From Nageia nagi (taxonomy: Eukaryota; Plantae; Pinophyta): a DNA stretch of 64,000 nucleotides. Numbering within the stretch: the stretch's first letter is position 1; every line of letters starts with the position of its first letter. Location: positions 44,330,001-44,394,000 of the forward strand of contig JBITNC010000001.1 in assembly GCA_050084985.1 (NCBI GenBank), written 5' to 3'. Of this stretch, positions 20,660 to 34,830 are shown piece by piece. The notes under the pieces were generated by a model. The model was given only the letters and a program-made list of their open reading frames with translations. It did not search any database and was not told the DNA's origin. A program made the position numbers and the translations under genes.

Positions 20660-23600
20660 AATTAAACAAATCACTATTTATGCTCCAAGAATATCACTTC
20701 AGATATTTTGAGATATATGCAGGAGTATTGACAATCATTAATGAATCTTGCTTAGGACATAGTTGTCTTCCAAATATGGAACTTTATAAGTGCAGGAACT
20801 ACACTATGCACATCTTGAATACAATCCTTACGTATAGCTGGCATCGTAAGATTTGATGGAAATATAGACAAACCCAAATGATATGATGTTAAGATGAAGA
20901 ATAGGCAACAAATCCTCAGATAGATGGTGTTGAGAGACACTTTTATTTGGAATGTGGATCAATCATGAATCGACCTATCCATATGTGGTAAGGATATGAT
21001 TATATTATAGGGAATGCTTTGATTTGGATATTCTTTTGTAGTTGAACTTCTTGAACATTTATGCTTCTTGAGATGTACATTGATTACATCACTTATGGTA
21101 TTTTTTTTTTTTGATATTGATACCAATTACATTATTTATGATGCCTTTATTATTCTTGTTACCTAAAATATGATTTATATTAAATAGAAATCATATTTAG
21201 GTGGTTACGTTTTGCCCTTTTTTGGTGGTGTAATGGAAAGAAATGAAATTACATGTCCAAAGAATTGCAAAGAAAAAAATGTAAAAAAGTAAATGTTTTA
21301 ATGGATTGAATCTTTTGGTGAAGCGCCTTCCTTACCCCCTTTGTCTTGGTTGCCTCCATGGATGGAGTGATCAAGATGAAAAATGATATTTAAGAAATTG
21401 GCATCTTCCTTACAATTATGCTGGAAAAAACAGATAGTAATGACTTCATGCATTGCTAAGAAATTTGATGGTGTTTGTTGGTTTGGATTTTGATTTGAGG
21501 GAGTAGGGAAGGTGTTCACGCTTTGGTTGTAGTGCTTGAACGATGTGGACGTTGTTAGTTTACCTTTGATTTTTTTTTATCAAGTAGCATTTACCAGGAA
21601 TCTAGTTTTCAAATACTCCCTACCTATTTTCCCTAACAAGTTAATTTTCACAAATAGTTTATTTATTTTTTTATCAAGTAGAATTTGTTAGGAATCTAGT
21701 TTTCCAATACTGTTTGCTTGCCTATTTGCCCTAGCAAGATGATTTTCACAAATAGATTTTTTTTTTTAAATGAAGGACACACACATTGGGATAGAAAAAA
21801 AGAAAGGTGCCAACATCACGAGAAATGCATAAATTACAGCTAAAATGAAAAGAAGTAAAACTTTAGAAGTAGCTCAACAAGATGCATCATTATGGAGTTG
21901 GGTATGGATCCAATCTTCTAGGCATAGAAACACTTGAGATATTTGGTATTAAAGGATTTTGACTCTTCTTTTCCATCTATTATGGAAAGTTTGTAGTATC
22001 CTGATTTGTATTTTCTACAATATAATATGGATCTAACCAATTGGGTTCAAATTTACCTTTTACCTCATCATTAGTTGCTATCCTATTGATGTTCTCTTTT
22101 AGCACCAAATCGCCAACTTGAAAGCTTTTTGGCTTCACTTTTTTCTCACATGCCCTTTTGATTTTGCATGATATACTTTTTGATGTTCTATTGTATAAAT
22201 TCTTTTTCATCCAAGGCCTTCAATTATTGCGACCTTTCTTTCCTTATCTCGTCATATGGAACATCTCCATGTAGTAAGATTCTTAATGAGGGGATCTCTA
22301 GCTCAAGTGGCATAATAACTTCATCATCATACACCAATGAGAATGGTGTTGCTCTTGTAGTTGTTCTAACTCTGGTTCTATATGCCCAAAATGTATATGG
22401 TAATTGTTAATGTCAATTTCTATTATATCTATTCCATGTTTTGGAGAGAATGCTCTTGATGGTCTTATTTGAGGCTTCAACTTAACCATTGCCTTATGAA
22501 TAATAAACATAAGAAATTTTTTACTGAATATGAAATTTTTTATAAAAATCTTTCATGTCCTTTCCTTTGAAATCGGGACCATTATCCATGATCAATTATT
22601 GTGGTACGATAAACCTTTTAATGATATTTTCTGTTAGGATCTTAATAATCTTCTCTTAGAATGGTAGACTTCATTTGAGAAACTTTTACTCATTTGGTGA
22701 TGAATTATGTGTCTACAATGATACATTTATGCACTTCTTTTTAATGTGGATTGTTCATGCTAATTAGATCAATGCCTTAAACTACAAAAGGTCATGGTGC
22801 AATAATTGGATTGAGCTCTTGTGATGGTATCATTTCAAGATTAGACTATTTTTGTTACTGCAAATATTTGTTGATATGAGTTTTGCAATCTTCTTCCATT
22901 GATGGCCAATAGTACCCAATTCGTAGGAGCTTTATATATAAGGCTTTTGTATAAAATATCCTCTACATAATCTATCATGTGCTTGTTCAAGGGTTGATTC
23001 TATTTCATGATATGTGAGACATCTTAAAATAACCCCATTAAAAAATCTTCTATACAACACTTTGCCAATAATCACATATTCTAGGGATGTCCTTTTTAAT
23101 TTAATTTTATCATTTCTATCAAAATATTATGGGATGATTTGATCTTGCAAGTAATGATAAATATCTGCATACCATGATGGATTAATATTTTATTGAGATT
23201 TTAGACAACTTTCATAAAATTGATCAATAGGGTTGTAATCTACATAAGAGGATATAACAAGTTTTTGAGTATGAGAATTATTTTTTCATCTTCAATTTCT
23301 ATTGGACCCAATGAGGATACACTTGTAATGGCATCTGCATATCTGTTGTTAGCTCTTGGAATATTTTCAATTGTGTATGAATCAAAATGAGTAAGTAGCT
23401 AGCTAACCATTGCTTTGTATGGACACAACTTTTCATCTTTGGTATTGTAAATCTCATTTACTTGGTCAATAAGAAGCTAAGAATTACCATGGATCTTAAT
23501 GCTTCTTATCTTGAGTACTACAACCTTCAATCCTAAGATCAATATTTTATATTCTGCTATATTATTTGTATAATCGAAACTAACTTTGTATTCCATAGGA

Positions 23601-26600
23601 ATTACATCATTTGAAAGAGAAACTAGAATAATACTTACCCCTTATTCGTATATGTATTTGGATCCATCAAAATATAATGTCCATTCATCTGGCTATTACT
23701 CAATCTGATAAACATATTTGTTAGGGATCTCCCAATGATTAGAGAAACAACATGGGTGTCCTTTAGAATGATGTGAGCATTGTTGGGGTGGAAATATTGG
23801 GTGTAATCATCTAGGCATTTTTCATGGATGATGACTCCATCATTTTGAGGGAAACTCTACCATCAAATCTACATATTTTATCATTTAACAACTTTTTATT
23901 TTATAACATTTATGTCAAATTCTTGTAACAACATAAGCCATTTTGCCATCCTTCTTGAGAGGTATCATTTGGATATGAGGTATTTCAAAGGGTTGATAAG
24001 ACATACAATATATGTAATGCAGTAAAGGAAATAATACCTCAATTTTTCAATAGCAAAAATATTACCAAGGTAAAGTTTTTCATAGGAGTGTACTTGGTTT
24101 CATATTCCAAGAGAGTCTTGCTGAGATAATAGATGATTTTTTTTTGTGATCATCATCTTGCTAATGTAACATTATCCCCAAGGCATACATCATCATTGAA
24201 ATGTAGAGATATGTACTTCTTTTGCAAATTCCATTAGTACTAAGATGAGAGGATTCATTAGGTATTGTTTAAAATTTTCAAAGGCCTCTTGGCATTAGTC
24301 ATCTCATACAAATTTGGCATTTTTCTTAAACAAATGAGTAAAAGGCATACATTTATCATCAAGCTGAGAAATTAACTCTCTAACAAAATTGAATTTACCT
24401 TATAAACTTCTTAGTTGATTGATATTTTTGGGTGGGTCCATATTGATGACTACCTTCACTTTCTTTGGATCGACTTCTATGCCTTATTTTGAAACCATGA
24501 ATCCCAATAGCTTTCATGATGCAACTCCAAAAGCACATGTTTGTGGCTTCAATATGAGATTTTACTTATCAAGTATGTCAAAGACCTCCAATTATTGTAT
24601 GTGATCCTTTTCTTGCTTAGAATTTATCAAGATGTCATCAACATAAACTTCAATAGATTTGTGAATATGATTATGAAACATGGATACCATAGAAAGTTGG
24701 TAAGTAGCTCCAACATTTTTGATATCAAAAGGCATTACTTTCCAACAAAAATGACCCTGTGGAGTTATGAAGATTTTTATATGTTGATTAATTAGATTAA
24801 TCAAACTTTAATTATAACAAAAAACAATTATCCATGAAGGAAAATATCTCATGATCAACAAAACTATCAATAGTCATATTTATGTTTGGAAAAGGGAACA
24901 ATCCGTAGGACATGCATTATTAATATATCTAAAATCAATGCAAATTCGTACTTTTCCATTTGGCTTTGTGACAGGAACAATACTAGACATCCATTATGAA
25001 TAGTCAATTAGCTTGATGAAACCTGCATTTAGATATTTTTCTATTTCTTTCTTTACTAACAAAGATTTGGAAGGATGCATATTTCTATTTTTTTGTTTTA
25101 CAGGTTTAGCATCTTTCTTGAGAGGCAAACTATGCATGATAATTTATGAAGGATATAGACCAAGCAAAACTGATATTAAATCTTTAAAATATTTGTATTT
25201 ACCTTTCTTATTGATGTTTAAATCATGACATGCTCCAATTTTGATTTCTCTTTGCTGGTCATGAGTGTCAACGTTGATGTCAATAAGCTCCTCAACAAAA
25301 AATTATGAGTCTCCTTTTTTTTGTAGCAAAGAAAGAAGTTCTTCTAAAATAGGAACATCCAAAATATTATCATTTTCAATCTATTGTACTTGAGATACTT
25401 CTCTGAAATTAATTTCTTGACTAAAATACCCATGTTGTTGAAGTATGTAGCTTGGATTTCTTTTGCTATTTTCTTTGGGAAATTCAGAGTGTGCCCCCAT
25501 GTATTCTAGGAATGCATCATTAGTGGAAAAAAAAATAAAATATAATGGGACATCAACATTAATTCATAGATCCTCACCAATATCATTTGAAAGCTCAATT
25601 ATATTGCATTGAGGAAAAAAATTAATAGGCCTTGAAGATTTTATGGTGGATTGAGTGCATGCTAATCCTTTTTTATATTTATGTGCACCTAAATCGAATG
25701 AAAAGATAAATATTCCTTGATTCTATTTTCATAAACCTCCTCCTTTATACTTGCATTTTTATTTCATGTATCTTTGAGAAAACAAAGAGTAAAAGGAATA
25801 TTTACAAAGCTAACCAATTTTTATCATTTCAACTTTTGTATCATCAAGATTAGGATCAAGTGTCAAAGAAGCTACCGAACAAGAATGTCTTGATTTATTA
25901 TCATTTTCACTGTGTGGATGCCCTTCCACATAGTGTGTACATCATTCATGGTGTACTATTTTTGGTCATCCTAGATTTTTGAGTGATGACATGGGATCTA
26001 GATTTTGAATGGAGTATGTACCCAGTCCAATCTTTATATTTTGTGCTTCTACCTTTTCTTTTACCAATGTTAATTATGGTTCTTGTGGAGGGACATCAAA
26101 AACTAATGTGATGGATATCTAGACCTTTTAACTCTAGATTTGCCAAATTACATAGTGTATAAGGCTCAAGATTTGCTGACATTGCATGGATCTACCCTTC
26201 ATATTCAAATTCAAGATAATTATGCAATGTAGAGGAAACTACATCATTTCATAGATAGATGGTCTACCCAAGAGAAAATTATAAGTCAATTTTTCACTCA
26301 TGATATGAAACAAGGATTGAACTATCTTTGGACATAGTTGGATAGGAAGTGAAACAATACTAAGGGTTATTTTGGATACTTTATCAAATCCTCTTATGCA
26401 AATTATGGGTTCATCCATGGAGGGGATTATGACACTATTATTTTATAGATCTTTTAAGAATTTGTAAGGAATAAATATTGAATCCTGAATCATGATTAAC
26501 CATAGATGTTTTGATTTTCCATCCCTCAATGCTAGGTGTGATATAAAGAGCTATGAATTCATCAATAATCTCCTTTTTGGGTAACTCTTTATCATCAAAA

Positions 26601-29600
26601 TAAATGGTATTACACCATTGAAGGGATTGGATTTTCTCAAAATAAAATAACAACAAAAATATTACTAGGGATTTTTTCCTTCTTGAATATATCATATAAT
26701 ATTTCCCTATATGGCTCATAAATTTGAACAAGCTCAAATAAACCAATCTTATGTTGGGTATTTTTTAATTATTCTACCATGTTGTATGATTTTGGATCAA
26801 GTGGAAGACTTACTTGCTCAATCGCAACAGGATTTGGAATCATCCCATGCATCAATCCACAGTTTTTATTTTATTTTTAAAATTCTATAAATCATGATGC
26901 ATCAATTAATGCTAAGGGTATTGTCAAATAAAGCATATTTTTTTTTCTTCAAATATAACATCATACCTTACATCGTATATTGATATTATTAGCATAAAAT
27001 AATTAACATTTTACATGATGTATAAAACATCATTTATAGTGTCAAAATTACATGAATGAGGAAGATTTCTTACTTGCATCATGCATCTTGTCAAATAATT
27101 CATGTTTCTTCCTTCCACATTTTTCATATATGTCTAACAGGGCACTCACAACCACAACATTTGATAAAAATTTGATTTTAAAGTCTTTGACATATGTATA
27201 AACCCTTTTGAAAATCTCTTAGTTTGGTGTATTCTTTGAGGATGCTGGGAAAGGTGAATTAATTTGGTTGGAATACTAATGTTTATTGCATTTGGTGAAA
27301 TAGTTTCAATGCCTATTGAGGAAAGCCATGTATTTGGTAACCAGAAATTATCATATTCCATGAGAAGATGTATCATTTGATCATACATCAAAAATTTCAT
27401 GGGTGTCCACCAAATACTGATGCCTTCAACATGTCTTCAGCTCCTACACACCTGCATTGTCAAAATTGTATTCAACATATCTTCAACTCCTATAGACCTA
27501 CATCACCATAAATGCCTTTAACATGTCTTTAGATCCTATAAATATACATCACCAAAATTCCCTTATAAAGTGCAACCTCCTTCATTCACTCATTAATGGA
27601 ATCATTCCTACCATTAAAAATTGATCATCGATCAAGGGAATGCATCGATGAATGATAGTGGATCATGCCATGATCTGTGTGCATGATCTACACCTTTTTT
27701 TAATTCCATGTATCACTTGATGCATTGTTTGACATAATCAAGTACATCAATTGATGTATCAAATATGCCTCAGTTTATGCCTTAGTTGACACCTTAGTTG
27801 ATGCATCAATTCATGCATCAATTGATGCATCAACTGAGACATCAACTGAGGCGTAAAAAAATGGCTTTATATAGATTGATGTAGACATGCCAAATAATGA
27901 TGTATCTTGCATCATGGTGTCAAAATACAATTTTATGATGTATGGTATGATGCAAAATCATTAAAAATGTAGTAGTGAATGTTGCCTTTAAATAGCCACA
28001 CATATATCCTTATCAATTGAAATATTATTGGCCACTTAGTGGTTTAGAGTCTCCCTTAGTTGAGTGTTCTTCACTTTATATTTTTCCTATGCATTCAGAT
28101 CCAAGATTTCAATATCTAATGGTTTAAATTGAATGGTGGAATAACCTCTCCTTTGATGGTAAGAGAAATAGGGATCTTGGTTATCAAAATTCATAATGTC
28201 ATCTTATGCTCTTCTATCTAATGGTTGTATCATTCCCATTTTTAATAAATATTGGAAGAGAATTCTTGGAGGAATAGGAAATATGAATCTAAATGCCCTT
28301 TATATGGTTGATCTTATCAAAGTAGATGCCTTAGCCATGTTGATAACTTTCTCTTCTTTCTTGGCATAGGGCTTTTGTGGTTGTTTGTTATATGTTATAG
28401 ATCCTTACTTAACTAATACAAGCTCAAACAAGTCATTTTCTTTGGCTAAAATTCTTGTTTTCATACTTATAAAATATATTTAGCATATTATATAACATAT
28501 TGTTTAAGAATAAGAATAATATAGTCAATAAAAATACCACATATTTCTTCTTTCAATAACTTACTTTGTGATGAATTCCATAACAATTTAAAGTGAGGTA
28601 TGTATTTCTCCATTGTATCATTTGGACCTTGGAGTAGAGAACATAAATCCTTGACCTTGGACTACTCCTTGATATTATGTTGGTATTGATCCATAAGTAC
28701 TTTAACAAAAGATTTAAATGAATATATGGATATGAGCGGTTGATTATAGAACTATTAGATGACATTTCCTTTGATACTCCTTGGGAAGAAATTATTCATC
28801 AACTTCTCTTTAGATCCCAATTTCAACAAGAACTCCTATTGAAATATAATAAGATATTGTTTAGGGTCTTGATCACCATTGAACATCTTAAACTTGGGGA
28901 TCTTGAGATCGAGTGGTAGGGGAAAGTTGAAAATTTTTGTTGATAAGGGGTAGGTGAAGATATCATCATAGTCCTCTTTCTTCTAATGAGATCTTTTCTG
29001 AGATTCAATATTGGATGCTCTTTTTGCAAATTCATGTTGAGAGGGAACTTAGTTAGCACTTGTGGATGCTTACGACATGCTATTTAGGATTGGAAATTTA
29101 GCACAGAATAATCTCCCCAACTTTGAAAAGATGACTTAGATGAAAATATCATGATTTGGTTTGATCATTTGGACAACATCAATACTATGTCATAAATTAA
29201 GAAAAATATCAATACCATGGACTTCATCATAGATATATGCAAGATATTCCCATAAAGACAAAATTCCTTGATCAATTAGGTTCCCCAAAATATAGTCATT
29301 AAATAATGAATTTTGATTAAATAAATCATTATTTATGTTATATGAATATCACTTAAGAAATTATAATATATTTGTAAGAGTATCGGTAGTCACTAACACT
29401 AGATTAGACACCACTAAATTTGATAAATCTTACCTAGGACAGATTTACCTTTCGAATCTAGAGCCTCATAAGTGTAGGAACTATGACATACATATTATGA
29501 ATGCAATCCTCATGTATCGTTAATGCCATGATATCTTATGGAAATATAGATAAAATTAAATGATGTTAATATGAAGAATAAATAACATATATTTAGATAG

Positions 29601-29897
29601 GTGGTGTTAAGAGATACCATTTTTATTTGGAGTGTGGATCAATCATGAGTCAACCTATATATATATGGTAAGGATTTGATCATCTGATAGGGAATGCCTT
29701 ACTTCGAATCTTAACCCCTTGGACATTTGTGCTTATTGAGATCTACATTGATTACATAACTTGTGGTGCTTTTTTGATATTGATACTAATTACTTTATTT
29801 ATGATACCTTTATTGATATTTACATATTTTACAATATTGACCCTTGTTACCTAAAATATGATGTATATCAAATATAAATCATATTTAGATGGCTACA
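20660..29897 (-). mobile_element. Decayed Ty3/gypsy element, Tat/Ogre-type (non-chromovirus), with additional archaeal-type RNase H
   Basis: Similar LTR segments at ~20660-21209 and ~29315-29897, the minus-strand start being TGTAGCC. PPT AAAAAAGGGCAAA at ~21211-21223. RT WKVMPFDIKNVGATYQ..IEVYVDDIL at ~24600-24800. aRH EWTLYFDGS/NNIAEY/NRYADA at 23320-23690. Integrase C-terminus FQVGDLVLKE..GKFEPNW at ~22000-22200. gag relic at ~28100-29060. The left boundary is uncertain. Confidence 0.9.
26841..27977 (-). mobile_element. Non-autonomous CACTA element, copy 2 (inverted relative to copy 1), carrying the same PPR fragment
   Basis: Reverse-complement homology to 2307-3413 along its length. Right end TGTAGTAGTG, TSD AAT (26838-26840 / 27978-27980). 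The PPR fragment lies at ~27070-27280 on the minus strand. Most of the left TIR is deleted. Confidence 0.88.
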
Positions 29898-32800
29898 CCC
29901 ATTATCCCTAACTCTATTTTGTATTTATAGAGATTAACTAGAAAGATATGTATATAAAATCAAGTGGATAGTCACCAACCTTCACAACCTCATCATTATT
30001 TTTTTGACTTTATGTAGATGACATTGTCTTATTACCTAAGCATTATGAAATTTTTATAAATTAATTAAATACCCTTATGATATTTTACAATATATCTACT
30101 TTACAAGTTAATGCAGATAAAATAAAATCTATGACTATTAAATCTTAAAAAATGCTTTACCTTACAATCCTATAATAATCAACCTTTAAAGATGGTTCAC
30201 TCTTACAAATAGAGAAGTGTTGATATTAATTATGAAATAAATTGGAATTCAAGTATTAAAAATAAAATCTTTATCATATGAAATGCTTTTTTATAGTTTA
30301 GAGAATTATAAAAGTATGAAACTTTGGAATTTGTTCAAAAACAAAACTTGTTTCTCCTACTTTGTAACTTCAATAATCCTCTATGGCTATGAAGTTGGGG
30401 GTGAAAGCATTTCCAAAGAAACATGAAACAAAATTATACAAATTTAAAAATAATTTGTTGTTTAGAACTTCAAAACTAGAATAACATGGCATATACTATC
30501 CTTCTTATGGAAGCTCATTTACTCCCTATTGAAAGTGAATCTTTAAGATGATATATATTATACAACCATAAACTAAAATAGTTAGGTCCTCACAAGTTCC
30601 TTATAATTTTCCAATAAACATACCTAACTCATCAACATATTAAAAGAGCCTAGCTAAAATACCTAAAGGAATTATATAATTCTACAACCAAGATCTCTTG
30701 TACCAACCTCCAACAAATCAACAATCTAATCCCTCTCATAGATAATAATCTCTCAAGGGACACAAAAATAAGCAATGTCACAAATTGACATACAATAAAT
30801 ATAGTGTTTCATCTCTAAGAGAGTACATTTACTTGAATCTAAGTATATTACTTGTCAAGACAAACTTTCTCTTACAATCATTCTATCCCTACATCTCTAA
30901 ACTAATAGTATAAAAATTCTTCTACAAGAGTGAGTGATTTCCAACAAGCCTAGCCCTCCTTTTATAGACTCAAATCCTACTTTGGTACATCCTTTTATGT
31001 AAGGAGAATACCATCGTCCATAGGAGTCACATTAGGTGAGAATGGTAGTTAGAAGGCTTTTACCCATACCTAGTACATATGACCATACTTATAGTTTAAG
31101 TATGTGGGACAACTTGCATATGTGGATATATCCCTAATATAAAATAGATGGGACTCTGCATTTGTACACATGGATAATCCACATAATAAATGGATTACTC
31201 CATATTAAAAAATATTTTATTTATAACTTAGATATTGTATATGTTCCTTTAGTTCTAATTAATTAGGAATAATACACCTAAGTTATTTATACAATAATGC
31301 ATTACAAATTTTAACAATCCCCTTTAATGCAATATTGGGGTAGATATAAGAAAGTGTAAGAGAGCTCTCCTCCATAAGAGATACAATTGAAGATGAGAAA
31401 TTTGACATTTTGAGAAGTAATATACATTAGATTCTAAATAAGGCTCAACTATTTAACCATTTGAACAAATGGTTTACAATACAATAATCATCAACCATCA
31501 ATGGTTATAGTGTACAAGTAATTATTCAACATTATGTTGACATGATGAGCCTCCATACTTGAAGTAGATAGCCTACACACCTACAATCTATAACTAATTC
31601 ATAAAAAAGATTAGTTAGATGCATAATACATTTATTTCAAGACATGATAGATGAATCAACCAATGCCATCCATAACTAATCAAATGCCATATTATAAGTC
31701 AAGCCTATAGTCACATTATAAGTCATCTTAAATATGCTAAGAAAATGAATAGTCATAAGTTATATTTTTATTAGTTATTCATTCACTTTAATGTGCATAA
31801 ATAAGTTATTCTCATGTGGATAATTTAGTATAACAACTGATTTAGAAGTGAAGTATAAGAGTTCCCAATATTTCGTACTCTAGTATCTCTCAAGGATAAC
31901 TTTACCATCCTAAAAGATTTAAGGATAACTTTACTATCCTAAGGATGTTATGGGTTCATTCTATTAGTTCATATAACTTCATTTTAATATTAATTTTTTT
32001 TTGCAACTTTTCTATATGCACTTTGATATGAATTTGACATCATATAAGAGTAATTTCTCCCCCTTAAGGGAAACTTCATCTAAAGAAGGACTTAAATAAG
32101 CTTAAATTATCCATAAATCGATACAAATATCATTTAACATGCTTGTATTAATGTAATATAAGCATCCATTACATTAAGTCAGTATCAATATACATATCAT
32201 ACTTATTAAGTGCATTAATACATATAAGATCTTATAACTAGGCTAAAATCTAATTATATAAACTAATTTAACACCCAACAATTAGATTTTGATTACTGAT
32301 CCTTCCTTATAACTACTAAGCCTCCTCTTTTACTAAAATCTTAGAATGGGAGGAACTCGAGTAGTGATTTATCATCTCAAAGTTTCTAAATCATTGGTTA
32401 ACTCTTGTATGCATTTTACGAGCACTTCTCGCTAATCCATGAGTTCATTTTACTTTTCATAGATCATGTTAAATTTTTTGATCTCCCATTTCCCTTTGCC
32501 TCTTATACATTTCACATCATAAATAAGTTCCACTTACAAACTTACTAGCATGCTCTATTAACTAAGAATTGGCCAAATATCTTAGTTGCAATGTCTATCT
32601 AGCTACTGATGAACCTTCCCTAGTATTACTCTATACTCCTCATACATCCTCCTCATTTGGAGAGTATCCTAAGTGAGTTGGTATCTCATTCATTATGACT
32701 AGAACTATATCGATCCGTTCATTTATCAATAGCTATTTATAGAGAATGCATTACTTTGTGAAGTGGTAAGTACCACCAATTTTTAATTGAGTTGTTCACA

Positions 32801-33219
32801 TTATCATATATGATATTTATTAAAGCAATATCACATATTTGGTTATGATAATGTTAATAAGTGATGAACAACTTCTGAAAGATTTTCTTCATTTCCATAA
32901 ATAAGTGTTCATTAAATGAATATAACCACACATAATCATTTATTTGCTAAAATTTAATCATAATCTATCTAAAGATCATGGTAATTACCAAGAATATTTT
33001 CCTTTCCATTAATAAATTAAAGCAAGTATTCTTATCACTAAGGTAATGATTCATGCTATCGAGTTAATAATACCATCCTTTAAGTAGGAAATAACATTAA
33101 TTTTCAAAATATACATAAGCTTAAAAATCATCTCTAGATGCATACATTCTTATCCCTTTTAAGGTCTTCATCAACAATATTTGCATGAAGAAGAAATCAC
33201 AAAATACTATAAGTTACAA

Positions 33220-33450
33220 ATGCCAACTTGACTATGCCATCTAGTCGAGCCATATGTGATAAATGTGACTATACCACCTTAGTCAATATTTTTGAGCCAT
33301 AGGTCAGATATGCCAACTTGAATATACCATTTAATCAAGATTTTTGATTCATAGGCCACATATGCTAACTGACTATACCACTTAGTCAAGATTTATGAGT
33401 CATAGGCCACATATGCCACCTAGCCAAGATGCATATGCCACAAGGTGCCA
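33220..33450. repeat. Degenerate ~50-bp minisatellite (gccaacttgactatRccaYYtagtc)
   Basis: Motif recurs at ~33229, 33266, 33319, 33370 and partly at 33415. Confidence 0.7.
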
Positions 33451-33534
33451 ACTTTACTAACATGGTTCAATTTCTCAACAATATCAATTAATAATAGATA
33501 TTCTTCCAAAAAATGAATACATAAGTAAAAAAAT

Positions 33535-33850
33535 TACAATTTTAGAGAAGACAAGCCTTTTTGACCACTCAAACAATTCGCAATCATGGAGAAGGGTGAA
33601 CCTTTTTAACCACTCCATCAATTTACAACTTTAGAGAAGGGAAAATCTTTTTAACCACACCAATAACTTGTTATTTTTGTATAAGGACAAACCTATTTAA
33701 TCACTCCATCAATTTGTAACTTTGTAGAAGGATGAATCTTTTTAACCACTTTAATAGTTTGCTATTTTTGGAGAAGGGCGAACCTTTTTAACCACTCCAT
33801 CAATTGGTATTCATAGATAATGGAGAACCTTTTTAACCACTTCATCTACT
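33535..33850. repeat. 45/46-bp minisatellite, about 7 units
   Basis: The ..ccttttt(a/g)accac core occurs at 33563, 33608, 33653, 33699, 33744, 33790 and 33835. Confidence 0.85.
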
Positions 33851-34489
33851 ACAATTTGCAAATAATCCATCAACATGGATGGAAGTAAGTCATGCACTAT
33901 AAGTCATAATAGAGATGCCAAGCCAATACTTATAGTCATTTGTTGTATCCATAATACAACCCTCCTAAGGATGATGTAATCATGATAAGAATTCATACTT
34001 CAATCCTCCTTGAAGAAAACTTTACCAACCCAAGAGATTAGGGTTTAGGTAAAAACTATCAATAAAGTTTTATTTTGATTGATAATAAACACAAATTCCC
34101 ATCCAAAATTTACTCATTGATAAAACATGCTTGGAAATTTTAAAAATATGATTTGTTATGAAGTTACTAATACTCCTATTTAAGAGTAACTTCATTAACA
34201 ATTTAAGAAATGTATATTTCCCAAAGGGTACTCATACATTTCCTTTTCAAAGCAAAAACAATCAACATTGTAACAAGGTTGCTTAATTAAACAATAATTC
34301 TTCCATTAATTAATGGTGTTTAATAGCAACCAATGGGAATTCATTATCATACTACTTAATGGTGATATTTGATAAAATAGTAACCTCAATAACTTGAATG
34401 TGTACTAACTTTCTATTTTGATAAGGATATCAATCAATGTGTATAAAATAATGATTTTAGGATCAATTTTCTATCCAATCAATCAAGAA

Positions 34490-34830
34490 TATGCACAACC
34501 ATTCAAATTTGGAGAAAGTTCATGAACTTTCCACTCAAATAAGAACATCAACCAATGTGTACAAAATAAAAAAAAGTGGACCAACGTGCACCATCATTCA
34601 AGTTTGGATAAAGTTTACAAACTTTCCATTCTAATAAGAATATTAACCAATGTGCAAAAACCAAAAGTTTTGGACCAATGTGCACCACCATTCGAGTTTG
34701 GAGAAAGTTTATAAACTTTGCACTCCAATAAGAATACCAACCAAAGTGCACAAACCAAAAATTTAAGATTAATGTGCATCACCATTCAAGTTTGGAGAAA
34801 GTTTATAATCTTGTCACTCCAAAAAGAATG
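34490..34830. repeat. ~94-bp tandem repeat, 3.5-4 units
   Basis: cattcaagtttggagaaagttt at ~34499, 34594, 34688 and 34782. Confidence 0.8.

Noticed and set aside
33535-34830. CRISPR-like array
   Set aside because: Eukaryotic context, no unique spacers (whole units are homologous) and no cas genes.
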